Source: the human T2T-CHM13v2.0 reference genome, Homo sapiens
DNA length: 64,000 bases
Reading direction: 5' to 3' (one strand)
NCBI RefSeq assembly: GCF_009914755.1
Contig: NC_060936.1
A program made the translations under genes and the position numbers. Positions 14,120 to 27,280 of this stretch are shown here, in pieces; within the stretch, counting starts at the first letter, position 1; each line of letters opens with the position of its first letter. The notes under the pieces are model-generated. The model saw only the letters and a list, made by a program, of their open reading frames with translations. It was not told the DNA's origin and searched no databases.

Positions 14120-14870
14120 CACTGTCTTCTTCACTATGCTTTCCAATCTAATACTCATTGTTGAAATCTGCAGTGTCTCTCAGGTCTTACTTAACTTGTC
14201 CTTTCTGTAGATTATGTGACTGCTGTCTGTCCTCCATCCTTAAGCAATTTTCTCCTTTTTCAGACTCTGTCCTGATTCCCTTGTCCTCTTCCTATTTCTG
14301 GAAATGCTCTTTTCTTTTCCTCTACTGACTCTTATTCTTTTGCTTAACATTTAAATACCTGCCTGGTTCTCCTCTCCGTTTATATTCATCCCTCCTACAT
14401 ATCCTTATCCAGGACCTTACTGTCTTTTATGTTGTGATGACTTTCCAATCTGCATCTTGAGCTTGGCTCTCATTTCTGAGCCCACATATTCCTTTGTCTC
14501 CTAGATCCACAAGAAACTGATTTTGTTATTTTCTCTGTAAAAATGTATCTCTAGCATGATTCAGCTAGTCACACAAGCTGGAAACCTAGTAATAATGTGA
14601 TCCTGCCCTTCTTCACTGCCCTGCATGTACCGCAATCACCAAAATCAGTAAACTTTGCTCTCTTGATTGCTCTATAAACTCTCCCCTGCTTCCCAGTCCC
14701 ATTAAAGCTTCATTATTTCTGTTCCAGTACAGTCTCTCATCTGATATATACGTTTCCATGTTCCCTCTTATCCCGAATCCCTCCAGTCTGCTTTCAGAAC
14801 CATTTTTCTAAAATACAAATTTGATCATGTTACTAGGCTGCTTAAAAGCCTTCAGGTGGCCCCCAATCAT
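14120..14870 (+). mobile_element. L2 ORF2 fragment
   Basis: Pyrimidine-rich L2 motifs: gatgactttccaatct, caagctggaaacctag, aaatttgatcatgttact. Confidence 0.6.
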
Positions 14871-15048
14871 CATTTTATCTAGAATGCCCCTGGCAGCAGT
14901 GCCACCACCATTTACAACTACTGGGTTCCTGGACAGCTAGATGAGAAAGCAGGATAACTGGTAACCAAAATAAAGTTAATTTTTGAATAGTATATTGTAT
15001 TTAAATTTTATTTGCATTTTTATCTGCATGAATTTTTAGAGTCTATAG

Positions 15049-15407
<359 letters not shown>

Positions 15408-15999
15408 TAAATATTTTAAATATCATTTTTATTTCAGGTACCTCTTAATAAAGCTGAATGAAGCATGGGAGAATGTTTGCCAAAACTAATGATTTTCTTT
15501 TTGTCATGTTTACTCTTTGTCTGGACTGAACTAGTTTGCTTCTTGAGACTATTGTTGGTTTGAAGTAATGAAATCATGTCATCAGCATATGGGGGACACA
15601 TCCTTATATTTGCAATGGCAGGAGGGAAGAAATACAGAAATTCTCAAACAATACAAAGCAAATATAAACTTGAAAAGTGGTCTAAGAAATTCCTTTCCAC
15701 TTAAGTAGGCAATGAAGAGACCATTCTGACCTACCAATTCTAACTCAGATGCCATTGCAGATGTCATAAAAGTTTGTGTTAATCTCATACAGCTAACCCA
15801 TAATCCGTTTTTAGCCACAGAGTTAAATCTGAGCCAGTTAAAGCGGCTAAAACTTACACTGATTTTGATATTTTTAATCAAGATTTTTAAAATGTAATTG
15901 TAGTTAGTAGAAAAATTATGATGCGTCAAATTTGTTGCTTCTTCAAATGAAATATTAGATGAAGAGACTAAAGTCTGCAGTTTATTAAAAAAAAAATCT

Positions 16000-17330
16000 T
16001 GCCTTCTTATTCAAGATGATAAACTGAGCATACATGTTTGTTTCCCCTCTCTCCCAAGAGATATCTTTAAAATGAGAGTAAGAAAAAGAAGAGGAGGAGT
16101 AGGAGGAGTAAAAGTAGAAGAAATCCATTGCAAAGAGAATTGGAGTGGGGTAGGGAGCCTTTAGAAAAGGAAGCTCAAAGTTTTCCCAAGAAAAAATAAT
16201 GGGTGGAAATGCATTAATGGGTGTGACCAATTAAAGAAAGTTGCAGCCCAAAATATGTACAAGAGTTGTTGCCGATGCCCAGCAGAATTACAAAAAGGCT
16301 CAGAACTCAGAATTGACAAGAGCAAAATGGGGACCTGACAACGAGGTGCTTAACTGAAAGTCTAAATAACAACTAGACTAGTTTTACATTTTCCTTATCT
16401 TCATATTTAGAATGACAGATCATTAGTTACCCACAAGAAAACAAGCCTGGAAGACTGCTCTCTTAAGATATTAAACAGCTTGTCTGGGATAATTGGGGTT
16501 GCTATTGAGGTGTTGATATTCCAGAGTAAACCATTCCCCATTGAGGTATTCAGGGAACGCCAGGATGAAGCCTTGTCCATCAGCAAGTGATGACAGCAGT
16601 CCTGGAGTTCCCAGGCAGCTTTTATATTCAGAGGAAAGGCTTGCTAAGGATACAAACCCATACTACATCTAATGGCAGAGAAAACCTCCATCAGATGTGT
16701 AGGATAACTGACCTTGGCCTCCATGTTTAAATAGGAACTGTTGATCAAAGATCCCCAAAGACAGATGAAGGAAACTAAGAGCTTGAAATTTAAAAATCAA
16801 GATAAGGAGAACAATTTCCCAGAAGGAGCAGAGATATTTTAGGGAATCATAGAAAAACTAAAATAAAACAACTCTCTAGTTAATATTCTCAGAAATACTT
16901 GAAAAGATACTTTGTTTATAAAATAAGATGATACTGTTACCAAGAAAGCCAGAGGTAAGAATAATGTGAAAAAATAAGTTGCCAAAAAAATACCTACAAT
17001 GCAATGTCATTTATATAAAATTCTGAACATTTAAAATGGTATATTTTGTTTCTGGATATAGACATGTGTAGAAGATTAATCAAAATAACTGTCGGAATGG
17101 TAGGTGAGTAATTGTCTTTGGAGTACTAGGAGGCATAAGAGTAGGGAACAAGGTTAGAGGCAGATCTGCTGTAATCGTTAGAGAAAGATGGGGAGAAAGA
17201 AACCTGAAGCCAATATAGAAAACAAGGTAGTATCTGTGAAACCTGGGCAGTGAACATCTGTTAAATTGTGGATACCTAGTCCATTATTTGTATACTTTTG
17301 CATATGCTTGAAATGTTTGTCATTAAAAAC
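16000..17330 (+). mobile_element. Degraded L1ME/HAL1-type relic
   Basis: caagatg...aaactgag 5'-like start, A-rich body, L1ME-like 3' tail. Low identity. Confidence 0.4.
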
Positions 17331-17988
17331 TCAAAAAGTAAAATTTTGAATACAGAAGTTTGTACAGTTGTGTAATAAAGTCATAATCCAAACAAAAATA
17401 AAAAGAAGTGTGGCATGCCTTTTAACAAGTGTTGCTGTATAAAAAATGGAAAATCAATTTGATTTTCGGTCTCCTAGGATTACTTGTTGCAGTAAGGATT
17501 TGGCAGAATAACACAAATAATGTTTATTAGTTTTCAGCTCTTAGAATCTATAGAAAAGCACAGAAGACTTAATTATGGTTGGTCACTGGAGTGGGGCAAA
17601 GGATAGGTGGAGGGAAGATGAGGGTGCTAAGGCTGTCTTACAGAGTGGGGAGCTGAATGGTATTATCTTAAGCTACTAAATATCTACTTAAGCTAGATAT
17701 TCATGCATTCGATTTTTCATTTATGAGATAGTTTTTTTGGAACACCTTTTATGTAGCAGGCACTTTTTTAGTTTGTTGCCAGTACAATGGTAAATGAAAC
17801 AAACTCCCTGCTTTTATTTTTACTTACATTCTAGTTCAAGAGGCAGACATTACCCAATTAGGTTTTAAAGAAATTAAAAATAACCTGAGTATTAAAAGAT
17901 TGGAAAGGGGAATGGAGGGGAGATTATGTAGGTATGAGTACTAAATCTTAATCTTTCATAAGAAGAAATGAATTTATAATGTCTAAAA

Positions 17989-18211
17989 CAGCACTGTGCA
18001 AGGATGGAAATGTTCTATGTCTGTGGAAATCTTGGTGGAAATGTTCCATATGTATATCTGTGCTGTCTAATATGGTCGCCATTAGCTACTTGTAACTGCT
18101 GAGAACTTGAAATGTGGCTAGTGTGACTGAGAAACTGTAATTTTATTTAATTTTAATTAATTCAAATTTAAACAATAACATGACTGATAACTACTGTATT
18201 GGACAGCACAG
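17989..18211 (+). mobile_element. MER3 (hAT-Charlie)
   Basis: gatggaaatgttctat...cttgaaatgtggctagtgtgactgag...tattggacagcacag. Confidence 0.85.
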
Positions 18212-18456
18212 GTTTAAAATGAAATAATCAAGAGACAGCAGCATAAGCACATTTTTAAAGAAACAGAAAATCTATTTATCATGGTTTCCTGTGGGTATGG
18301 AAGAATTGACAGGGAATGTCTCATTATGAGCCATCTTGTTTGATTTTCTACCACATGCCCATATTTGGTTGATTGCCACTTAAATTTTTGGAAGACTATA
18401 TTGCAACCAAATGGGTCTTTGAAGGGGATTAAAGAATCATTTTTTAAATGAGATAG

Positions 18457-18746
<290 letters not shown>

Positions 18747-20939
18747 AGTGAATATTAAATAATTTGGCAAGAGTCAGGACTCTAAGTTTCAAACAATTCT
18801 TGTTAGCAGGGGGACTACATAGAGAGTTGGATTATTTATTTTGAATTAGGTAATAAGGTAAATTGTGGTCAGTGAGGTTAGCAGATTCCAGCTACAAATA
18901 ATCTGAATACTACAAATTTTGAAATATGGCCTTGGAATTAGAGAGCTGTGAGGACTGATACACACACAAATAAAGACCTGTACCTCCAGCTTGTCTCACC
19001 AAAACTGTGCTAAAATATGTATCATCATTATTGACCCATCACCCAAACCCAGTGGGATTCATTGCGTTCAAACTTACTTTACATTTGAAAATAACAAAAC
19101 ATGTGTAATTACCTTTCAATTCAATAAGTTCTCATTCATGAGTAGTTTCTGCTGGGTTCTGTTGATGAGTCATGTAGCTGACTAGCAAGGTTTCTAATTT
19201 TTATTTTAGGGTGGGGAAGGATTAGGGGAAGTGGAAGCTGTATAGCAATTCTTGTTAAATTAAGAATAGGACAATGAGGGCCACATTTTCTAGATATGGT
19301 ACAGATAGAATTGGCTTCAACTTGTTTACACTCTGTTGCTAACTTTAACAACATGTTTCACAGATTTTTTTAAAGAAGGTGGAATTGATTGGGATGGAGA
19401 GCTAAGAAAGTTTTACTTATGAGGCAGTTGGCATGAAACATTTAGAATTTGTCAACAGAATACTACTTGTGGAGAGCTATGCCATTATTCAATTATGGGC
19501 TCAAGTAGACTTGAAACAGATTTATTAAGCTACATTATGGGTTGGAGGGGGAATGATTATTTATGCTGCAATCTAAAAAAAAATCCATTCTAGTGTAGAT
19601 GATATAGCAAGCACCAAAGACGCTACAACAACTAATCTGGATCACTTTCTCTTATATTTGAGATGAAAATGAGCATATTCTGGAGTTGCTTCACATGACA
19701 TGAGTAGTATGACGTTATATCTGCAGATGAATGTGGCCTGATGGGTGAATAAAATTGAGGCAGAACAGCCATATTTCAACTTGCCTGCTTCAGTTGTACT
19801 ACATATATTTATTTGCTATCTGGAGATGGTAATTCTTTGAAGGGTGAAACTATTTATTGAAAATAAGGCATCCTTGATAATAATAGGCTAATATCTAAAA
19901 AGTACAGTTTATATTCTTTGAAATGAAATGATAATAGGCCTAATCCAATCTCATCAAATAGAAACTAAGGGATGTATTGGGGGTGGGGTGAACTGAGTCT
20001 GTTTATACAGGTTTTCACATGACTTTTCTTTTAAAAAGTGCATGGAATGCATCCAAAACAAATAATGTTTTGTTAGAAGACCAAAAGGAAAATCCTAGAG
20101 AAAGGAGGATGGATGATCTTTCTTTAATGTCAAAACTGACATAAACACACTCCCCTTCCCCCACCCTTTTACTCAAGATAATTTTCTCAACAAGACGCAG
20201 ATTGCTTTAGTCTCTGCCTATCACCCTTTGAAGCACTTTCCTTATTATTAGGAGTTGGGGCAAGGTTTCCTTTGAGGATTTTTACAGCAGTGAAGAGTTC
20301 CTTCTTTAAATACTTTCACATGATGAGGGAATTCCGCTTTCAAAGTGCTGTCATCACTGTGGCTTCTCTGCCATAAGGCAGTTTATTACTGGGGGAAGGT
20401 CCTTCTTAGTTTGATTGTCATTAAGTACTTACCTTTCTGATGTACTCTTTGTATAGAATGTCACTTTTTCTGAGAAGTCTAGCAAAGCAACTCAGCATTC
20501 TCCTTTGTTAACCTTATTGGCCAAAGTTAGCCATGATTCTCTTTTGAAATGCGTTCCACCACAGTGAGTTACAGTCTCCAGCGTGGTTTTTCGTGTCCAT
20601 CTCCACTAATCAGGATTTGGGTTGACATATTGAATATTCCATTTTGAAAACTGCCATCTCTTCTACAGGGCAAAGGGACATTGTGAGTTTTGGGGAGTTT
20701 TGAAATATCTTTATTTATTTTTATTTTTATTTTTGACTGTCTCTTCTAATGTTTAAATAATGCCATGGTAAACAACAAACTATTCAAGCATCAACAGTTT
20801 CCCAGAAACACTGAAATCTTTTGAGACCTGCACTCTGTTTCAACCTCCCTCATCCTGCTCTATTCTTCAATATAGTTTTCTGGAAAATCCTGTGCATATC
20901 TAATTCAGGTAGAAAAAAATTGAGGAAGAAAGTGGAACA

Positions 20940-21090
20940 TAAGAAGAGAGTCCTAAAGTCAGAATATTCATATCCTAGTTTTGGCTTTGCTACTTACTGC
21001 CTGTGTAACCTTGGCAAGTAACTTATCCTTCTGTTCCCTCCCACCCCCAAAACCCTGTAAAATGAGTGAACTCTATGAACTTCATGTTTC
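20940..21090 (+). mobile_element. MIR/MIR3 fragment
   Basis: tttgctacttactgcctgtgtaaccttggcaagtaactt...ctgtaaaatgag. Confidence 0.65.
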
Positions 21091-23183
21091 TCCTCTCCTA
21101 AATACACAAGAAGTAAACCTCTCCCCCACATAAAGAGGCGTAATCACAGTGATTGAGCCACGTTGGACAGTGCAGTGAGAAACTAGCATTGATATTTCCT
21201 AAATTAGTCTGTAAGGAGTATGATTTTATTCTCTCTCTTTCTTGTGGAACTCTCTGATGTGCTGTAATTGTTTATCTCATTTGCTTATTTAAGGCTAACT
21301 GGAAATCAGTTTAAGAAACATTTGAGTTGTGCCTTTGTACTGGACACTGTGTTAGGCAATGAGAATACTCAGGTCAATGAATTTAGACTCTGCCTTCAAG
21401 GTGTTCACTAACTAGTAAGGGAGGAAAGCATGAAAATAAATTACAAATCCAGGGTGATGCCTAGAACAAGATAAATAAATATAAGATGCAATGTAGCATA
21501 AAGGAAAAATATATACATGTGTATATCTATTTCTCCATACCTATTTTGAACTCTAGAAATAGGACTATGTGGTGCTGGGGTAAGGTAGCTTTATGGTAAA
21601 TTTAATACAACAATGAAACTCCTAAACCTGTTTACTACTAAATCAAGTGTGTCCCTCCCACAATATCAGTTGCCTTAAATTGCAATTAAATGAGTTATGC
21701 CCTTGAAGGTTAAAAAGGAAAATACAGAATATTTTCTTTCTTTTCATAGATAAATGACTTTATTTTTCAATGTCCTCAAATATCACCATTAAACCTGTTT
21801 TCACTAGCAATTGGCACTTCTATTATTAACAAAGAAGAACCCCTAAATGTGTCAAGTAACCATTGTAAACCAAATATTATAGCCTAGAATATATTCAAAT
21901 TCTCTTTAGAATTTAGAAAATGGGAAGAAATTCATTTTCTTAAGAATGCTAGTATGTCTCAGCATAATTAATTTTTGTGAAAGGTTATAGTCTGGAAGTT
22001 TAAGGTTTTCCTGGTGCTTTGTAGCAATTTTGAGCTCAAATCAAGGAATTAGAAGGTGTTAACACTCTTGGTGTTAAATCTAGCACTGACTATCAATACT
22101 ATACTCTTGCATCGTGGAGGATGAGGGAGCTTTGGGGATTTGGCCTAATCTGTTTTGTTTGAAACTAAAAATCATGTTGTTGAAGTTTGCATTCTGTTTT
22201 CTTTCAATAGGTGTATTAACACAAAGCACCAGGTTCTTAACGGGCTTCTTCCTTTCTGCAGAAGTAAATGTGACTTGTGAAAAAGAAAAAAAAATTGCAC
22301 CAGCACTTCAGCAACATCGCCCCTCTTTCATCATTTTGGGGATTCAGGCTTCAGCTCAGTAACTCCAGACATATTTTGGGGAAACATAAAAACATGCCCA
22401 TAAGTACTGAACATAAAACCTGACTGTACACTCAAAACATTTGTACAATCCTATGATCCATTTACCATCAAGTTTCTTAAAGTGTGCATATATTTTTAAA
22501 ATCACTAGAATAAATAAAACTTTGAACTAGATGCTCTTTGAGATAAGGTGCTGCCCAGAGATGTCTGAGGACTGATGCTCTATGAGTCTCTTATGAAGTG
22601 AACAAGCTTCTTGCCCATAAAAATAGATAGATGCTATGATTTCCAGATAACCCTTTTTCCAGGAAATTAGATGAGGATGGTGACAACAGGATAGTCGTTT
22701 TGTTAAACAAAATTTTAACTATCCAAACTAGGTACTGAAAAAGCTTGCTTTCTAAGGAGGCATGGAATAGTTGAAAAGTTAACAGCCAGACCAATTGATT
22801 GTGTTTTGGAAAACATCGTAATGGAAGATTCATAGTGCTTCAGGGCCATGCTGAGTGACTCTGAAGACAAGAGAAAGAGTGGTGAGAGAGAGCCTTCTAA
22901 GTTCAAGGATACTCTAGAAAACTATTGGATGGTCTAAGAATGTCTCATGAAGCACCAAACCCTAATGCAACTGTAATCTGAATATGAGGAAAGGGTTAAA
23001 AAATAACTGTACTCTTGCAAAATATATTTTCCTTCAGCTTTTGACCTTTCTTTTTTCAGGTTGAAAAGTTAAACATACACTAAGGATTTTCATTATTTGC
23101 TTAGTATTTCTTTAAAATGCATTCTAACCCAAGGCTGTGTATCTCTCCTCTCTGCTTTGATTCTTGTGCCTGCTGTGTCCCAG

Positions 23184-23281
23184 GTTGGCCTTCATTCCAC
23201 GATGTGATCAATTCTGAGGCAATCACATTCACAGATGACTTTTCCTATGGGATGCACAGGGTGGAAACAAGCTGCTCTCAG
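23184..23281 (+). CDS. MSRB3: MSRB3 penultimate coding exon (98 nt, phase 1 to phase 0): (G)WPSFHDVINSEAITFTDDFSYGMHRVETSCSQ
   Basis: MsrB GWPSF motif, RVE, and first Cys of the second CxxC Zn pair. Acceptor AG at 23182-23183; consensus donor CAG|GTGAGT at 23281/23282. Confidence 0.97.
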
Positions 23282-23458
23282 GTGAGTTCATCCTTTCTGA
23301 AAACCCAATACATTGCTTTCAGGACTCCTGGTTGTGCTAAATATAGCAACTAAGGCCAAGCGACTGGTCACAAGAAGGACAGACAAGCATGACGAAGTTT
23401 ATATGAAGTCCGATGGATGCCTATGTTCAGGTGTTTAGCAAGTCTAGTGGAATGTTAA

Positions 23459-23747
23459 GGTCGGCATGATAGCTCAAGCCTGTAATCCCATACTTTGAGA
23501 GGGCCAAGTGGGGAGGATCACTTGAGGCCAGAAGTTCAAGACGAGTCCGGGCAACCTAGTGAGACCTCGTCTCTACAGAAAATATTTTAAAACTTAGCAG
23601 GGCATGGTAGCATATGCCTGTAGTTCTAGCTACTCAGGGGGCTGAAGCAGGAGAATCACTGGAGCCCAGGAGGTCGAGGCTGCAGTGAGCTGTGATCATG
23701 CCACTGTAGTCTAGCCTGGGAGACAGAGCAAGACCCTGTCTCATAAA

Positions 23748-23783
<36 letters not shown>

Positions 23784-23785
23784 AA
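23459..23785 (+). mobile_element. AluJ with (TAAA)n tail
   Basis: ggaggatcacttgaggccag, gagcccaggaggtcgaggctgcagtgagc; tail ~23743-23785. Confidence 0.95.
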
Positions 23786-24934
23786 TGTCAGTTATTGGCT
23801 TCACCACTATTAAACAAAATCATTGGTAGGAAAAATATCATCTTCAATTGGCTCAGTAAATTGAAGAGTGGGCTGTTCTTGGGGCATATGAAGATTTCAT
23901 TATGTGGCTTTGAATAACCTGATATTTTGATAATCTCCCTCTCCTTGCAGTTCTGTGTACCCACTGTTCAGTCAGAATGCCTCTACTGGCAGTGATCCAA
24001 ACACAATCAAGGAAGACCTCAGAAATGGCTTTTCTTAGGTGGGTGTGAGGAAGGTGGTTGAAGAGAGGCTGTAGGAAGTGAAAGTTCAGTGGTAGGTTGG
24101 CTACATGAGATAAGGTAATTCCTTTTCTGCTTCTCCTGATATACAGACATCCTCATTTCCAATAATTTCCTAATTAGTTCTGTCCATCTGCTTTAACCAA
24201 ATTAATGCTGGCTCTAAGGAAGCAAATGAGCATGTGTTGAGGAGGAGGCAAAAATAGTTAATCTGACACCCACAATCGAGAGACTTGAACTTGTGGGTAT
24301 TTTGTGCTTAAACACAGAGACATAGAATCTCCATCTACATGGAATAAGAGCAGCTGCATATTCTATGGAAGGCAATCTTGTTCTTTCAACCTGCTTTAAA
24401 TAAGTGAAATGTAAAGTCTGCAATATTGTGGCATTGAAAGTTATTGACACCACAGGGTATTTTGTTGGGGAATCTGTTGGACATATCAGAGGTACAGGAG
24501 CATGATCAGGCAGCTGTAATAGCAAAGTGATTGCCATATGGGCCTCCCTCAGCATTCTTTACCTGCCCTTTATCCATTTTTCTTTAACCCCCTCCACCAG
24601 GCACAAAATGTTTAGGGAGTAGGTGGCATATTTACTACCAAGTAGGGAGGGAGGTTAGTTTGAACCTAACCTTCTGATGAATTTTTGTTTTTATTAAAAA
24701 AAAAAAAAAAAGACTGGCAAGTCTCCTGTCCTTCAAGTGTGAGGACTACTCTCTCTCTTGAAAATTAGACTTCATATTTTATCTGAATCACATTTTCAGC
24801 TCACTCTTGTTTCTCAGAGTGGAGTCTCTGATGGTGATAGTGGAACTTTCTGGTGCTGGGTTTCACCCACAGAGGGTCTAATGTAATTGGACAGGTTTAG
24901 TGTGGGGAGCAGCATTTTTAAAAGCTCCTCTGGT

Positions 24935-25095
24935 TAGTGCTCACCATAACCTTCTGAGGTAGGTCCTTTTTTCTCTCTGTTATTTTACAGTTGAGGAAAC
25001 TGAGGCACAAAGAGAGCAATTAAACTTGGGTCAGCTTATGTGGATTTAAGTGGCAGAGCTGAGACTTGAATTGGGGTACTCTCCAGAGCTCTTTA
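24935..25095 (-). mobile_element. MIR
   Basis: attttacagttgaggaaactgaggcaca...gtggcagagctgagacttgaa. Confidence 0.8.
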
Positions 25096-25183
25096 TGGTG
25101 CCCAGATAGATAGACAGGTTGAAAAGAGTCATTAAAATTTAAAAATCTCATGATTTTCCAGCAGTTGGCTTAATGCGATATAG

Positions 25184-25486
<303 letters not shown>

Positions 25487-26655
25487 TGCAATTTAGTTTT
25501 AAATTCAATTAAATTTGATTGATGATTTTATAACTGTCACAAAAAGGTAAACTATAAGTAGGATGGCTTACATTAATTTGTAACTTAGGTACACAGTATT
25601 TAGTAAACCTCTTTTAAGACTAATCGTTGTTTCTTTTATTTTCTTTTTCAAGCTACAAATGCTGTTACGTGATCGTTTTAACTCGTTTTCACTCAGAACC
25701 CATTTTCAAACATTGAATCTTATGAAAACTAAATTTAAAAGGCACAGAAAAATGAAGCATAAGATATTAACTTTACTTATGGCCCTACTTTCTAACCTCT
25801 TTGTGACAAATTCTTATAATTCACTGTTGGAATAAGCTTCTTTCTTTCTCTGTGCCAGTCACATAGATAACATCAGTAGTAGTCTAGGAAAGATCATTAT
25901 GAAGATGTCCTACAGTGACCAAAGAGAAATGAAACCCACAAACAATGCCAAAATTAGGCAACATTCCTAAAAGAAGTCAGGCTAAACCAAGCATAGCTGT
26001 TGGCCCCTCAGTTAAAGCCCAAGGTGACTGTTCCTGTTCTTTCCTAACAGTTGTGTGATGAACCAACACTGACCTGCTCCCTTTTGGCTTCTTTTTCCAC
26101 AGCCTTCACTTTTCATATTTAGAAAGTGTTTGACTCTTTCTTAAATAGAACTCTTAAATTTAAAGAAAAGAGGGAGAGGAATTTGTTCCGCTAAGGCATG
26201 TATGAAAATACATGCTTTGGAGTAAAGTAAGTTCTATGCAGGAGAGAATGAGGTTCCAGCACTAACGAATGGTATGTGTGCCACACCCTTGCCCTTGTGG
26301 ATGGAGGAGGGGGTGTCTGCCACCTAAGCACAAAAACAGCGTACTGAATTGAAGTGGACTGGGTATCTTTCATTTCAATTTCTCTGTCTTTTATTTGTGT
26401 GTTCCATTCACGTTTATTTTCCTTTTGTTTTATAATTTTCTTTCTTTTTTTAAAATTTTCCTTTTTCTCAGGCATCTTTTTTTACCTTGACTTGATAAAA
26501 TAAAAGATTTAGTAGTTCCCATGCTAGAGCAGTCACTTGTATTTTACTTCCTAGTTTCTCATTTTTAGCACTATTTTTTCATTATCTGTTTATCTTCTTT
26601 TACCTTACAGTTTTTCAGTTCATGTAGTCTCTTCTTCTGCTCAGAACTTCTCCCG

Positions 26656-27280
26656 TTTATTTTATTTTATTTTATTATTTTTTATTATGCTTTAAGTTCT
26701 GGGAAACATGTGCAGAACGTGCAGGTTTGTTACATAGGTATACACGTGCCATGGTGGTTTGCTGCACCCATCAACCCATCATCTGCATTAGGTATTTCTC
26801 CTAATGCTATCCCTCCCCTAGCCCCCAATCACCTGACAGGCCCTGGTGTGTGATGTTCCCCTCCCTGTGTCCATGTGTTCTCATTGTTCCACTCCCACTT
26901 ATGAGTGAGAACATGTGGTGTTTGGTTTTCTGTTCCTGTGTTAGTTTGCTGAGAATGATGGTTTCCAGCTTCATCCATGTCCCTGCAAAGGACATGAACT
27001 CATCCTTTTTTATGGCTGCATAGTATTCCATGGTGTAATTGACAAATGGAATCTAATTAAACTAAAGAGCTTTTGCACAACAAAAGAAACTATCATCAGA
27101 CTAAACAGGCAACCTACAGAATGAGAGAAAATTTTTGCAATCTATCCATCTGACAAATGGCTAATATCCAGAATCTACAAAGAAATTAAACAAATTTACA
27201 AGAAAAAAAAAAACAAACCCATCAAAAAGTGGGTGAAGGATATGAACAGACACTTCTCAAAAGAAGACATTTATGCAGCC
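26656..27280 (-). mobile_element. 5'-inverted, truncated L1PA (L1PA7-like) insertion
   Basis: 26656-27037 is the L1 3' end on -; 27038-27280 is an ORF2 segment on +; flanked by TSD a(a/g)cttctccc(g/a)ttt. Confidence 0.93.

Noticed and set aside
18359-18368. CArG box CCATATTTGG (SRF site)
   Set aside because: A single match is expected by chance in 64 kb of AT-rich DNA; no supporting cluster.
23117-23353. 78-aa ORF as a standalone gene
   Set aside because: It is the MSRB3 exon plus in-frame intronic flanks.
26807-27031. MEYYAAIKK... ORF
   Set aside because: C-terminal remnant of L1 ORF2p in a truncated element.
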